Source: Leidyana gryllorum EB-2025a (taxonomy: Eukaryota > Protista > Apicomplexa). From it: 64,000 bases of DNA. The position numbers were made by a program, and so were the translations under genes. Shown piece after piece: positions 1 through 14,000 of this stretch. The notes below the pieces were generated by a model. That model worked only from the letters and a program-made list of their open reading frames with translations. It did not search any database and was not told the DNA's origin. The DNA is taken from contig JBLWGC010000021.1 in assembly GCA_048772705.1 (NCBI GenBank), forward strand, positions 18,081 through 82,080. Reading direction: 5' to 3'. Numbering within the stretch: position 1 is the stretch's first letter; each line of letters opens with the position of its first letter.

Positions 1-831
1 TTCAACATGTCCATCCCCTGTGGAGACGTTACCAATCACAAGTTGTGTGCGATATCATTTGTTCTCGCATACCACTTGGATACCACTTGGCACAATCACG
101 TCAGAGGAGCCCATGGGTTATCTTATCATTGTTCGGCCAACATGCGCTATGTAACTGACTGTTTGGTTCTGTCATACCACTGTCAGACAAACGAGGACCC
201 CGTGCACGTTTTGGACGTCCTATCGGACTGGTTGATGCCATATTTGGAGATGACCGAAGAGGAGTTTGAGGAACGCAAGAAGACTCAGATGGCACGCTTC
301 ACAGATTTAGGGAACAATATGCAGGAGAAGCATTACAAAGTTAGAATGGAAGTATTCCTGCGACGTTTTGCATTTGGGGGGGCCAATGTGAATCCGATGG
401 TGCAGGCCATCCAATCCCTGACACTGGACGACGTCCGCAAGTTTTACCACGAACGATTCTACCAGTCACCTTGGATCATTTCGGTGGTCAGATCCATTGA
501 CTCCCTCCCACCTGGCCATCCCGCTCGTCGCAAACCCCAGTTCTCGTCGGGAGGGTTTGAACCTCCACCCCGTGACTTCTGCAGTGTGACCCTCGGAAAG
601 ATGGCTCGCCACAGCAGGGTGGCTTGGGTTCTTCTCAAGGAGCCACGATCTCTACACAAGTTCCTCCTCAACTACCAGGAACCAGCACAGACTTATAGAC
701 AGGCCACCTTCGCTATGGGGCTGAGTATGGGGGAACCGATAGAGGAGGGGGAGGGTCCACCAAACTCGGCGGTTTCCAGGACGGAGTCTGCAAGTGAGGC
801 TGCTGCCGTTCCTTCCCCGACCAGTAGTTGA
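1..831 (+). CDS. 3' part of a probable M16 (insulinase-family) peptidase, C-terminal/inactive domain; truncated by the window edge
   Basis: The frame is open from base 1. 'HVRGAHGLSY' resembles the M16 'R...GL.Y' motif, and 'VQAIQSLTLDDVRKFY' resembles the M16 'I..lt.edv..f' helix. No HxxEH site lies in the window. Confidence 0.5.
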   Translation, partial: FNMSIPCGDVTNHKLCAISFVLAYHLDTTWHNHVRGAHGLSYHCSANMRYVTDCLVLSYHCQTNEDPVHVLDVLSDWLMPYLEMTEEEFEERKKTQMARFTDLGNNMQEKHYKVRMEVFLRRFAFGGANVNPMVQAIQSLTLDDVRKFYHERFYQSPWIISVVRSIDSLPPGHPARRKPQFSSGGFEPPPRDFCSVTLGKMARHSRVAWVLLKEPRSLHKFLLNYQEPAQTYRQATFAMGLSMGEPIEEGEGPPNSAVSRTESASEAAAVPSPTSS

Positions 832-942
832 GTTCCGACCACTTCGGGACATTTCTGCCCCAAAGGCAGCACACTGATGTCCCAAGAATGTCTCACTCAC
901 GGACAGCAGAATTCGTACGCCCAGTATAAACCGCCGCTGTCC

Positions 943-1839
943 ATGTCCTCTCAAGACAAGATGACAAACACTGAGAATCCCGCTGGAACACTGCGATTGG
1001 TGTACCCCCAATGGCAGGGAGGGCTTATCTGCAATTACGTTGCTGAGCTGCCGCCTGACGACGCCTCTCGAGGGTACTTCTTGGGCTCGAAGCTTCTGAA
1101 CTTTTTGGCACCACCCGCTCGAGGTCCCACTGCAGAGGTGCCCGTATCTCTGGACATTTCGGACCGCACAAGAGTCAATGGGGTTTGCTCTCATCGGGCC
1201 ATTGCTTTGCAGAACAAAGCCGCATTGGAGGTGATCAGAGTGCATTCGCCCGAGCGAATTGTCACTCTGGGTGGAGAGTGCTCTGTGAGTGTGGTGCCAT
1301 TCACATATCTGGCCTCACGTTACGGAGACGACCTGGCTATCGTCTGGATTGATGCTCATCCAGACATCACGTTGCCAGGCGATGCATACGAAGGATGGCA
1401 CGCCATGGCCCTCACGGCCTGCATGGGGAAAGGCGACAAGGAATTGGTGGACGCTCTCCCTGCCAAGGTGGACCCATCAAAAGCATTGTTAGTGGGAGTC
1501 CGACACTGGGAAGAGGGCGAGGAGAAGAGGCTGGGGGAACTTGGGATTCAAAATCTGCCTCCGGCCCAAATTCGTGAGCATAAAGCATTAGTTACAGAAT
1601 GGCTGAAGAAGACTGGTGCCTCGAAAGTGGCCGTCCACATCGATTTGGACGTCCTGGATCCTGAGGAGGTCATCGCTGGAGCGGGATGTCCCAAAGACGG
1701 GTTGAAGATTGCTGAAGTCGTTGGTGTGGTTCAGGAAATAGCCCACGGCTTCGACCTAGTGGGGCTCACTATTGCGGAGCCAATGCCCAGATGGGCCATC
1801 CACATACGCAATATGATGCAACAATTGCCTTTGATTTGA
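943..1839 (+). CDS. Arginase/ureohydrolase-family protein, bacterial-type, intronless
   Basis: Motifs TLGGECSVS, WIDAHPD, HAMAL and HIDLDVLDP, plus N-terminal 'LRLVYPQWQGG'. Single uninterrupted ORF; the start could be 877, 943 or 961. Confidence 0.9.
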   Translation: MSSQDKMTNTENPAGTLRLVYPQWQGGLICNYVAELPPDDASRGYFLGSKLLNFLAPPARGPTAEVPVSLDISDRTRVNGVCSHRAIALQNKAALEVIRVHSPERIVTLGGECSVSVVPFTYLASRYGDDLAIVWIDAHPDITLPGDAYEGWHAMALTACMGKGDKELVDALPAKVDPSKALLVGVRHWEEGEEKRLGELGIQNLPPAQIREHKALVTEWLKKTGASKVAVHIDLDVLDPEEVIAGAGCPKDGLKIAEVVGVVQEIAHGFDLVGLTIAEPMPRWAIHIRNMMQQLPLI

Positions 1840-1963
1840 TCAATCGATCTCAAACATTTTTTTGTTTGTCGCTTCACACGTAGTCGAACACAAAAGATCG
1901 TCATTGATTGCCGAGTCTATTTACCCGGAGAAATTGGTGTTAGGCTATTGAATCTATGGCCGC

Positions 1964-2764
1964 TCAACGGCTGAATAGCAAGAACAGTAATATTAAGCCT
2001 CCAAGTCCATAGTTTTTGGCGGCCGAAGCTCTCCAACTTCGTGGTGGGAACGGGACCCAACTCCCCACTTCAACCGCCGCGCCCTCACCTGGCAGCCTCA
2101 CCCAGTCGAGGCCACAGAATTTGGACCTTAATGCCAGTGCAAATGGAGCCCGTAAGCCAACTATCAAACTCTTAGTCAATTTCTGACTGACTTTCACTTC
2201 CACACTGCTCGCTAATTGGGGAGCAATCTCCACCTGGACATCCTGCCAATCCGCACTCGGCAAGGCGTATTTGGGATGGACGGCACAGCTTCTTGTATGA
2301 GCGCTATCAGACGATTCATAACTGCTGGGCAAAGCAATCGTAGCCACTTTGGGCTTGTCTGCGTCGCTCGCGTCAGAATTAGAGGTGCAGTTATCGGGAA
2401 TTGCGGTACGATTGAAAAACCACAGTGATACAGACGCGGTCTCGTTCAGCCGCAAAGCATCGTGATCGGCCTTCTCAATCAGTATCCAACTATAGTCACC
2501 AACATTGCACAGATCCATATGTCGAGTAATCAATCCAAAGAAACCATATTGACAATGAATTAGTCCCGCTTTTGTCAAGCATTCGTTCACTTGTTCTGGA
2601 GTTCCACTACACGGAACACAGTGCTTCTGGCAATTTTTGCCCTCCAGGGTCTCGTGCTCAACATTCTCACAGTCTATGGTCACGAATCGCCACACAGCAT
2701 CGGGCACCAGCTGCTGCCCAAAGGCCGCGCCCATCAGCAACGAACAGACTGTAGGGAGCCACAT
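1964..2764 (-). CDS. Secreted, probably GPI- or TM-anchored Cys-rich surface protein
   Basis: The ATG at 2764 gives signal-peptide-like MWLPTVCSLLMGAAFG. It has an N-terminal Cys cluster and a hydrophobic C-terminus (GLGGLILLFLLFSR). Confidence 0.7.
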   Translation of the reverse strand: MWLPTVCSLLMGAAFGQQLVPDAVWRFVTIDCENVEHETLEGKNCQKHCVPCSGTPEQVNECLTKAGLIHCQYGFFGLITRHMDLCNVGDYSWILIEKADHDALRLNETASVSLWFFNRTAIPDNCTSNSDASDADKPKVATIALPSSYESSDSAHTRSCAVHPKYALPSADWQDVQVEIAPQLASSVEVKVSQKLTKSLIVGLRAPFALALRSKFCGLDWVRLPGEGAAVEVGSWVPFPPRSWRASAAKNYGLGGLILLFLLFSR

Positions 2765-3038
2765 TAGACGAATTTGATACCAATGATAACAGAGGTCCAA
2801 AAATACTGGCCTACTGGGTGACCCTCCTCACTCAGCTGAACTCTGGGTCACACTTTATCCTGAAGGGCTGTCGCCAGGCACAATGTCCGCAACTCTATTT
2901 GAGCCCACAACTGCTGCTAGACGTATTAAGTACCGTGATATTGCACCGGCACGTACACACGTGTGTGGCAGGTCAGAATGACCTCAAATCTTCATGACCG
3001 AAGACAAGTGACCCTTCAAACAAATAGGATGTGAGAAG

Positions 3039-4275
3039 ATGAAAATATTATTCTTGTTAGGCGTCTGGTTAGAAGGTCACGTTTGGAGTTTCAATTTGAC
3101 ACCTCTGGTCAGACCGACATTTGAGGAAGTTCGTGTGGTGTGCTTACAGGAGCCTGAAGCATTGCCTTCTACGGGGCTACCACCAATTGAATTGTCCGGT
3201 TGCACTACGTACTGTCAACGTCTGTGTGGCGGCGTGCGGACGTCCTTAGAACTCAAGTGGTGTCTGGACGAGTATCAGAAGACTGGGTGTAGCGATGCTA
3301 CCTTGGCGGTCGCTCGGCTAAAGTCCCACCCAGTGGCAGTCTGCACTTCTGATCTGGAAGATGTCGTTGCTGTGACCATAGAAAGAACACCCGAGCTCCT
3401 ACGGGACTTGAAAAGCGCACTGCGGCTGTACCTTTCGGTTGTGACCCTCCCACCAGGGAATATTGAGGCTGAAGTGGAGCAACAAGTCGTGGATCTGACA
3501 TTGGTGTCAGATTCACGGGTCTTGTGGGATGATCAGTGCCGTCTTGGAGGTGATGACGATCGGATGGGTGAGTCGGTCACCTCAACACAGTTTCGGATCT
3601 CCCCCTGGCTGCTGGCGATTGAAATACCCTTAGAAATGGTTAACGCTCATTTGACTGGTCTACGCTGGAGACAGGCAGAACCTTCCCGTTTAGTGTATGA
3701 GGGAGTAGATGTCGGTGTGGGTTGTCTTGAGGTATTGGGGTTTTGAAGGGAAAAAAAAGGAGGCGCTTAGTCCCAGTCGCTGAAGAAGGACTGGGTGTTG
3801 GTGCTCAACACCAGGAAGATACAGGCGTCGGCATCTCCCACCCCGCGCTCCTTACCGCAGGTGACTAGCCAAGTGGGTAATAATTTGTGCATTTTTACGT
3901 GTGGTGATTCAGCAGCAGCAGCAGCAGGGAAACCGAGCTGCAGACTCGACGGTGCGGCAAGTGCGAACGCCTTCGCCCCCAGGCGACTTAACTCGAAAGA
4001 GCTCAAGGGCCCTTATCAAAGGAGCCGTACTCTCGACGCTGGCTTTTTGGCGGTCCCCTTCAAAGGCGCAATCGAAGGAAGCTACTGCCCCGGTAATCCT
4101 ACCATTAACGGCAGCCAATCTAGACAGTACAAGTGCTCTGCTTGCTGAAAAGGCGGAAGCAGCAAGGAAGTAAGCTTCTTCCCACTATCATTTCCCGAAA
4201 CCCTAAGATATGCATTTCACGTTATGTGTTGTCGGCAGCGAGGCAGCCGTCATCCTAGCAGAGGCTGGAGCATGA
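3039..4275 (+). CDS. Secreted Cys-rich protein, likely a distant paralogue of 1964-2764; multi-exon
   Basis: Signal-like MKILFLLGVWLEGHVWS and similar Cys spacing. Phase-compatible GT-AG introns at 3732-3770, 3861-3912 and 4170-4238 extend it to TGA 4273-4275; the alternative end is 4148 if the second intron is retained. Confidence 0.55.
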
Positions 4276-4643
4276 GCAAGGCTCCGTGCTGGTGTGTATC
4301 CTATGTGCATTGCGTGGTGGCGGCTGATTGAATCTGTGGTATGACACACACGTGTGTGCGGCGGGTGGTGTGGCTGGAGTTGTCGATTCGTACACTTGTG
4401 AGATATTTATCGATCCAACGAGTGCTTGAATGTTGACTGAGTGATTTAATGATCGGTGGTGGTCAGCTGACGCTACTGTGGGCTGAATGGTAGTCGTCCG
4501 GTTTTGCGTTGATGTATGGATCCCAATGCCTTGATGTTTCACAGCCCAAATGGCTCCGATCTATATGCGTAATGTTTGCTAATGTGTTCAGGTCTCGACT
4601 TGGACGTTTTTGTTCCATCGGGTCAGGCGTTGAGAAATCGAGG

Positions 4644-5893
4644 ATGCAGCAGCAGCAATACACATCACAAGAAGGCGGCCGGGCCACAACCGAGCTTCGG
4701 ATAGGCAACTCTGGTGGTTTGGGCAGCTCTGGGGGATTTCGTGTGGGAAAGAAGATTGGATGTGGGTCCTTCGGAGAGATATACATGGGAACTAACATTC
4801 GCACTGGTGAAGAGGTGGGGATAAAGCTCGAGCATACACGAAGGCGGAACCCTCACTTACTTTACGAATGTAAATTGTACAAGATGTTGGCTGGTGGAGT
4901 GGGTATTCCGAACATCCACTGGTAGGTTCTTCGAGGGCGTGCTTCAACGATTTACGCTTATTTTTGTATGGCAGGTATGGCCATGAGGGAGAGTACATAG
5001 TGATGGTCATTGATCTGTTGGGGCCCTCCTTGGAGGATTTATTCAACTACTGTTCGCGTCGTTTCCAATTAAAAACGACGCTCATGTTGGCCGAGCAAAT
5101 GTTGGATCGCATTGAATATGTTCATGGTGTGGGGATTATCCACCGGGACATTAAGCCACATAATTTCTTGACCGGCCGACGGAAGACCAGGAACGAAGAA
5201 ACCGTCTTCATCATCGACTTTGGCTTAGCTAAACGGTATAGAGACAATAAAGGAAACCACATCCCTCCAAAGGAAGGCAAAAGTCTCACTGGGACAGCTC
5301 GGTACGTTCGCCACTACTGCCAACGCTCACTCCCTCTCATTGATAGGTATGTGAGTGTCAACACACATTTGGGGCTGGAACAATCCCGCCGAGATGATCT
5401 CGAAAGCTTGGGCTATGTGTTTCTGTATTTCCTTAAAGGCACCTTACCTTGGCAAGGGTTGAAGGCGACCAATAAGAAGGACAAATATGAGTTGATCATG
5501 GAGAAGAAGTCTACCACTCCTCTTGAATCTCTGTGCCGCGACTTACCAGAAGAGTTCCTGCAGTACATGAAATATTGCCAGAGCCTTCCGTAAGCGAAAA
5601 TGACAACTTGGTTGTCTAACCGACCACGCAGGTTCGAGGGCCAACCCGCATACAAAGATCTGAAGAGAAAGTTTCGAGAGCTGTTGGTAAAGGAAGGCCA
5701 CATGTATGACTTTATATTCGACTGGACATATACTGTGCTTGGGTCGAGCAGTGGGCAACGTCGGCAAGGGCAACAGCCCCCACGCGACCCGCAACAACCT
5801 GCATATCGGTTACAGCCAATCGTCGAACGAGACCGGCCTCCTAGACAACATAAAGGAGCTGCTGAGGAGGAGTACATTGATCGCCAGTGGTAA
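4644..5893 (+). CDS. CK1: Casein kinase 1 (4 exons)
   Basis: [65 protein letters not shown]. Introns at 4922-4974, ~5302-5347 and ~5590-5631. Confidence 0.97.
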
Positions 5894-5927
5894 TTGTCCA
5901 TTTTTGAGTGCCAAAATATTAGTGCCA

Positions 5928-8043
<2,116 letters not shown>

Positions 8044-8058
8044 CACACGCGAGGAAGG

Positions 8059-11000
8059 CTACTTTCTATTGCATCTATGGGTGTTCGGAACTGCAGGGAC
8101 CACTTCATCGTCCTGCGATGGAGCCACCTTGAACGAGATACGCGTACGCACTTGTCCAGCAGGGGCCTTGCAGGTAATCTGGAACGTGTATCGTTTCCAG
8201 AAGTACGCTGCAATATCTTGTGTAGCGTCTTTTTCTCCAGCATTTCGAGACATCTCGGGGATCTTTCCCATAATGGTTCCTGTAACCACATATAAACCCC
8301 ACGCAGGCAGGAACACACACGCGTGTGTATGGAGGAGACGCACCTGTGCTCATCGAGAATATGAGGCCGAAAACACTTGGGAGTGGTGGAGAGATCCACC
8401 ATCGGAGAGTGCCAATATCTACCCGCCCGATGACAACGGGTTCAAGACGAACAAGCTCCCCCGGCCGGAATGTCATTTGATCTTTGACATCCGACGCAGA
8501 CGTCCGTAGCAGGAAGTAGCGAATCTGCAGAGGTTTAGCTCCGACCAATGCCTTGCCGACTTGTTCCTTTTCGGCTCCCAGCTTTCTGTCTAGATTCGCT
8601 TGTTGTCGTTCTTGGTCATCAAACATCATCTCGAAGTTGTCACCCAACAGAGTAGCCATTTTCTGGCGAAGTTCCCGTTCGACTGCCTTTGGATCCTTCT
8701 GAGCTCCACTCTGAAGGGACACGGCACCTCCAACAGCGACCAGTGCTTGAAGAATTGAGCCTGTGCTGCCAGAGGTGGCAGAGAAGGATCTGAAAGTCAG
8801 ACCAACAAAGACGAAGAAGATGACGCAGTAGAAGAGGGTGATACCCAATACTCGAAGTTGGCGACCCGTTGAGCAGCCCAAGCCATCGATGACCAACAGT
8901 GGGATGAAGTGGCTGAACAAGATTCGGAATCCGGACAAGAGCTCGCGCATATCCAAGCTCATGTCGTGATTGGTATCCATCAGAGCGAACATACGACGAA
9001 TGGCACTGGGAGGCATGTTGACCTTCATGTTTGTGACTACTTGTTCCAAGGCCGCGTATGCCATTCCTGCGCAACAAGAGGCAATATCAATTATTCGATG
9101 ATCATCAAGCAGACTACTTACCTTCGCCTTGTAGCGTAGAGAAGATGAGTTCCAACGCCTTTGGTTTCAACAGATAGTAATCATTGAGGAACTCTTCCCC
9201 ACAGGAATCGATCGCCGTCGTGAGGTCTGACTGGGAGACAGTGAGCTCCACGTTCACAAAGAGGAGTGCGCTGATGCACTCAGGCCACAAGCCCGACATC
9301 AGCAACTTGGGGAGGCGTCGAGCAACTTGATTGATGCCGACGATTTTGCCCTGATAAGGATCCATGCAGGACGGGTCTGTGTCTACCGAAATGATGACAC
9401 GTCCGTCGCGTTCGAGTTTGAAGCCAACATAGTGGGTCACGTCCAGCATGCCTTTTGGCAGGTTGGCCCAGAGAGCTCTGGCACCCTCGATAGGCACTGT
9501 GACGCCGATATTGGCGAGAAACTTGACAAAGAATGGGAAGGTTATACAGCCGCTGTATGTTTCTAGCCCTGCGATTCCGTCGGTCGATGTCCAAGGGACT
9601 CCATTGGGGGTTCGGGGTTGCATGATGATTTTGGCCAACTCGCCTGCGACGATATCAACAGCTAAGCTCTGTTGCAAATCTTGGCCGAGCTGACTGCAGA
9701 TCAGTGTCCACAGTAGATGGGAGTGAGTTTGTGAGACACTGAGTCTCAGTCTCATGGCAGCTTCATGGAACATTTGGAAAGTGACGAATCGCGATTCCTT
9801 TCTGTGTACCCCTGAGCCACAGCTGACCAAGTCATCTGCGAGTGGGAGGCGGGGCGACGTGTGGAGTCGATAAGTGGCGCTTCCCGGCGCGGAGACACCG
9901 CGTGCTGATTGATTGTGGTGGTTTTTGTCGGCGGGGGAGAGGACTTCACAGACACTTCGGGTAAACTCGATCATTTGACTCTTCGAGAGGAAGTGTGAGT
10001 TTCCAGCTGTCAGTCTGGAGAACGTCATAGCGAGATTTTCGTTGAGTGTGGAGTCCATATAATAGAATGTCCAGTCGAGCAGATCCACGGTGCTTTCGGT
10101 GCTCGCACGCATTGCCAAGTGGTTGGTGATGCCGGCTGTGATGCCGAAGCCCATGAAGGCATCGTGGAGATCTTCAGTGCCAGTAGGTGCCTCGAGGCCG
10201 AGTTCCTGGAGACAGACGGTGGCGGCGGCAAAGTTCATTTGATTGTCGGTGAGGAGGAGAATAGCCTCATCAGCGAGATGGAGAGGTAAGAAGTCTGAGA
10301 GAGAGAGAGCGAGTGATCGATGGTGAGTTGAGAGTGAACGTGGAAGACTTACGAGTGGAGCCGTTGAGCTGTTCGAATACACTGCGAACTTTGACCATAT
10401 TGCTGCTTTCCAAGACTCGTTGAAGATAGATCTCTTGGAGATGGGCTTGGGCGATGTCAAGGGGTAGATGCGGGTTGGAGGGTACGGGTTCGGCAGCGGC
10501 CAAGTCTGGTTCGACTCCGGGGAGAGCTTCGACTTGGAGATTGACTCCGAGGAGTTTGATTAGGAGGACAAAGGCGTTGAGCCAAAGATAGTTTTCTGAT
10601 ATCCTCTCAACTATGGTGATGGCGTCATCGGGCATCATGTGACGGCTGCCGACAACTTCTTCGACCATTGCCATTATAAAGTCCTCACAATAGACAGAGG
10701 TGGGAAGCAATAATCCGACTGAGGGACCGTTGAGAGTGATTTGGAATCCTGCGGTGGAGAGAATGTCATAGGTGGAGCGGTTGAGTTGATATATGGAGAG
10801 TGTGTTGGGTTGGACTTTGGTCTGGCAGTCCTGAGGGGACAACAGCCCTGACTGTTTGAGGATATATGTGACGACTGCGACTTGGAATATCCGTTCGCCC
10901 GCGCCGGCCCGATGGGTTATGGAGCAGAGGCTCCGGAGATCCTCGTCTCTGTTGACGCGGAAATCACTGAGATGTCTTCTGAGAGAGAATGTGGTCTTGG

Positions 11001-14000
11001 GTGGGAATTTGCGTATCTCCTGCCAGTTTGCGGGATGGACCTCATCTTTGGCCAAGTCGACGTAGGGTTTCAGAATAGCCATTGCCTTCAATTGCACCTT
11101 CTCGACAATGGTTGTATCGTAAAAGTCACTGACACTCTGTGTGAGGGACTCGAGAGTGGTCATATGGCGATGAACCTTCTCCAACTCTTTGGAAACCAAA
11201 TACTCCATGGATTGGTGGATTTGTAAAAGATGTCGGACAAATCCGTCTCTGTGTCGGTAAAAAGGGCGATGGTCAGCAGACGGGTGGCTGGCTTACTTTG
11301 TCTGATTAGAAGCGGCTTCATACAAAGTACTGATCCAGGTAGCTGTGCTCGTGGGGGCGGTTTTGGGAGACATCAGGGGAGATGTGGAGCTCATTCCCTG
11401 CTCCGGATACCCCATGACGGCTTCGAATCCGAACACTGGGATCAGCAGCTTCCGTTGAGTGTCGAGAATCTTGTCGGCCAGCAGAGAGCGATTGCTGAGG
11501 AGGACTTGCAGTACTCTATGAGGAAACAACAGTGGTTTTTCAACTGCTCAGACGGCAATGAAGACTCACCTGGACTCCCGAGTCTCGGCTGTGCGTTTGA
11601 ATATAACCATTAGTTTCCGTGCATTGATATCAGATCTGATCTCATCAAACACATCGACTTCGGGGAGGCTCTCTTGTTCCGTCGAGTCACCGTCATCCTC
11701 GTCTTTGACAACGCCTTTCTCTGACGCCCGAGACGACATTCGACTCAGTCCACTGTTGGACTCGTCCGTCGAGTCGTCAATGTCTCTCTGTAATACGTAT
11801 TCGGACGCCTGGCTGTTCTCCTGGTCCAGAGAGGCACAATCGTTCGCGTCATCTAACGCGTCGCCGCCGTTGTGTAGTGACGCTCCCTGAATACTGAAAC
11901 CGTCAAACTCGTCATCGTCCCCTCCGTCTGTCACTGGGAACACTTTCCGATAGTCTATGTCAACCTGATTGGCCATGTGGAGGTACACACTATACACATC
12001 GCGCGATCGACAACCTGAAATGGACGTGTGGACAATTAATTATCGTCAAAGACAGTGCGTTGCGCTGCGCTTACCCTCGACTTCGGCTATTTCAAAGTTC
12101 AGCAATTCATCAATCGCAAACTGAACTCCCATTGAGTCTTTGGGGCGATCGCACACCTTAACCCAACGTGAGTACTCCTCTTTGCTCCAAACACCGTCTT
12201 GATCAGCGTCAAAGTGGTCGAATATAAGCCCCACTTTCTCAACTAGAGTCAATGATGCCGGATTGGGGTACTTGGGATGTGCCACCAAAGCCAAATCAAA
12301 TTCGAGAGGTGTGTCCGCTTCCAGATGCTCAAACGACCAACGGGCAAATGTGTATCCTGGAGCTGTACTCGTCACTGTGATCGAACCTCCGTGTAGCAGA
12401 GCTGTCTCGCCCGGATCCAGTAGCGTTGCACACCGCTCTCCTCGAGCCATCGCTTCACTCAAAGATACCAATCGCCCTCCATTCTGGAACTCCCCGTCCA
12501 GCCCTGTCACCAAAGCAAATCGGGTCACTGTGAACTTTGAATCCGATGGAGCCACAATAGCTTGAATTCGCCACTTCACTTCGTGCTGTGTCCACAGGCC
12601 AGAGGTCATCGGTACAAAGCACTCTGTTCTTACCGCCGGTGGTCTTGTAGCACCCATGACCGGCTCACCAACCGTCAACTGATGCTGCGTTGGAGGCTTT
12701 CCTACTGTGGCCGACAACCGTCGTTTGTGCCTTGTCCAGAGGCCCCGATCCTTCGCCAACGCTTGCCGGGCTAAGGTTGCTTGTTGACGCTCGAGATTAC
12801 GTCGCCGACGAAGGTGAGCTCCAAGTCTGTCTACTTCATCGCCTGTGCTCTCTACTTCTTGCAAGCGGAAATGTTTGTCATTCTCGAACCAGTAATCCAG
12901 CGATACGCCGAGCAGTTTTGGGAAGTTCTTGGAGATGAACGCATAGATCGTCTCCTGAAAGATCGTGTGTGCGCACACAGAATGCGAGTCATGTCTCCTA
13001 CCCGTGCATTCTCAAAACTCTTCGTGATTGACCATCCGACGAAGGCAATACTGCCCAGCATAACACCCGCTGCGCAGATTGGGAGTTAAGACATTGCTTG
13101 GCGTGCCAAACTTACTCGGGGCGAATTCAGCAAAGTTGACCAAACCACTGACCAGGAGCCAACAACCACTTTGAATTAAGAGCCAGATGGCAGCCAAATA
13201 GCCAAGGAACCACATAGCTGTGAGGACACGACGCAAGGGATCAACGGGATAATTGAGCCATCCACGAACATAGGGACTTAAGAAGCTGTAGAGCAGTAGA
13301 GCCCCTGTGACAGTCAATGCAAGGGCATAACCCAAAGCCATATGCAAAGGCATCTGCCAGAAAAAGGCCATTTTGTGTTGTACGAAGACAATATCAGCCA
13401 CAATTGCGGGATCCGGCTCCATGACACGACCTCTTACAAACTCCTGCATTTTGAGTATGCGTGGTGACCAGCGTTTTGGCTGGCGGACTTACCCTCATAA
13501 GCATGTTATGGAGCAGAAGCATTCCAACGAAAGCGATGGGGAGAGCCGCGGCAGCAGGTAGTCTGGTCAAGTCGGTGCCCAGTAAGATTTGTGGCACCAA
13601 CATGTAGGTGAGCCATCGTTCGCTTTCGTAGCGCTCATTGGTCAGCCCGTGTACGATATAGCTGTAAGATATTGTCGAATTGCTCGCGGTATCGCTGGTC
13701 ATTGCTGCTTACTCGTCGTCCCGAGGCTCTCTACAGAGGCGGAAGAGTGATCGGAAGATACCGTTGTGTGACAGAGACCAGGGGTGCATTGGCATTTGAT
13801 TATTGATACAGAAGCGAATGTCAGGACTGGCACTCCACCAGAACGGATCGTAGTCGATCGACAGATTGAGAATGATCGGAATCTTTGCACTGATCGATCT
13901 GAGCAACGAAGAAAGAAGAGTGATCTGTTTGGGGGTGGTCTCCGACACTCACTTGTATACGTCCACACGTTCTGTGTTGGCCGCTGCCGACTCAAAAATG

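Noticed and set aside
652-1245. Many antisense or alternate-frame ORFs in the track (e.g. 652-1245, 7525-8046, 13699-14328, 44184-44933)
   Set aside because: They overlap well-supported genes, lack motifs and mostly start at non-ATG codons; treated as shadow ORFs.
4198-4206. AAACCCTAA telomere-like/telobox motif
   Set aside because: Single copy inside a predicted intron; expected by chance in 64 kb.
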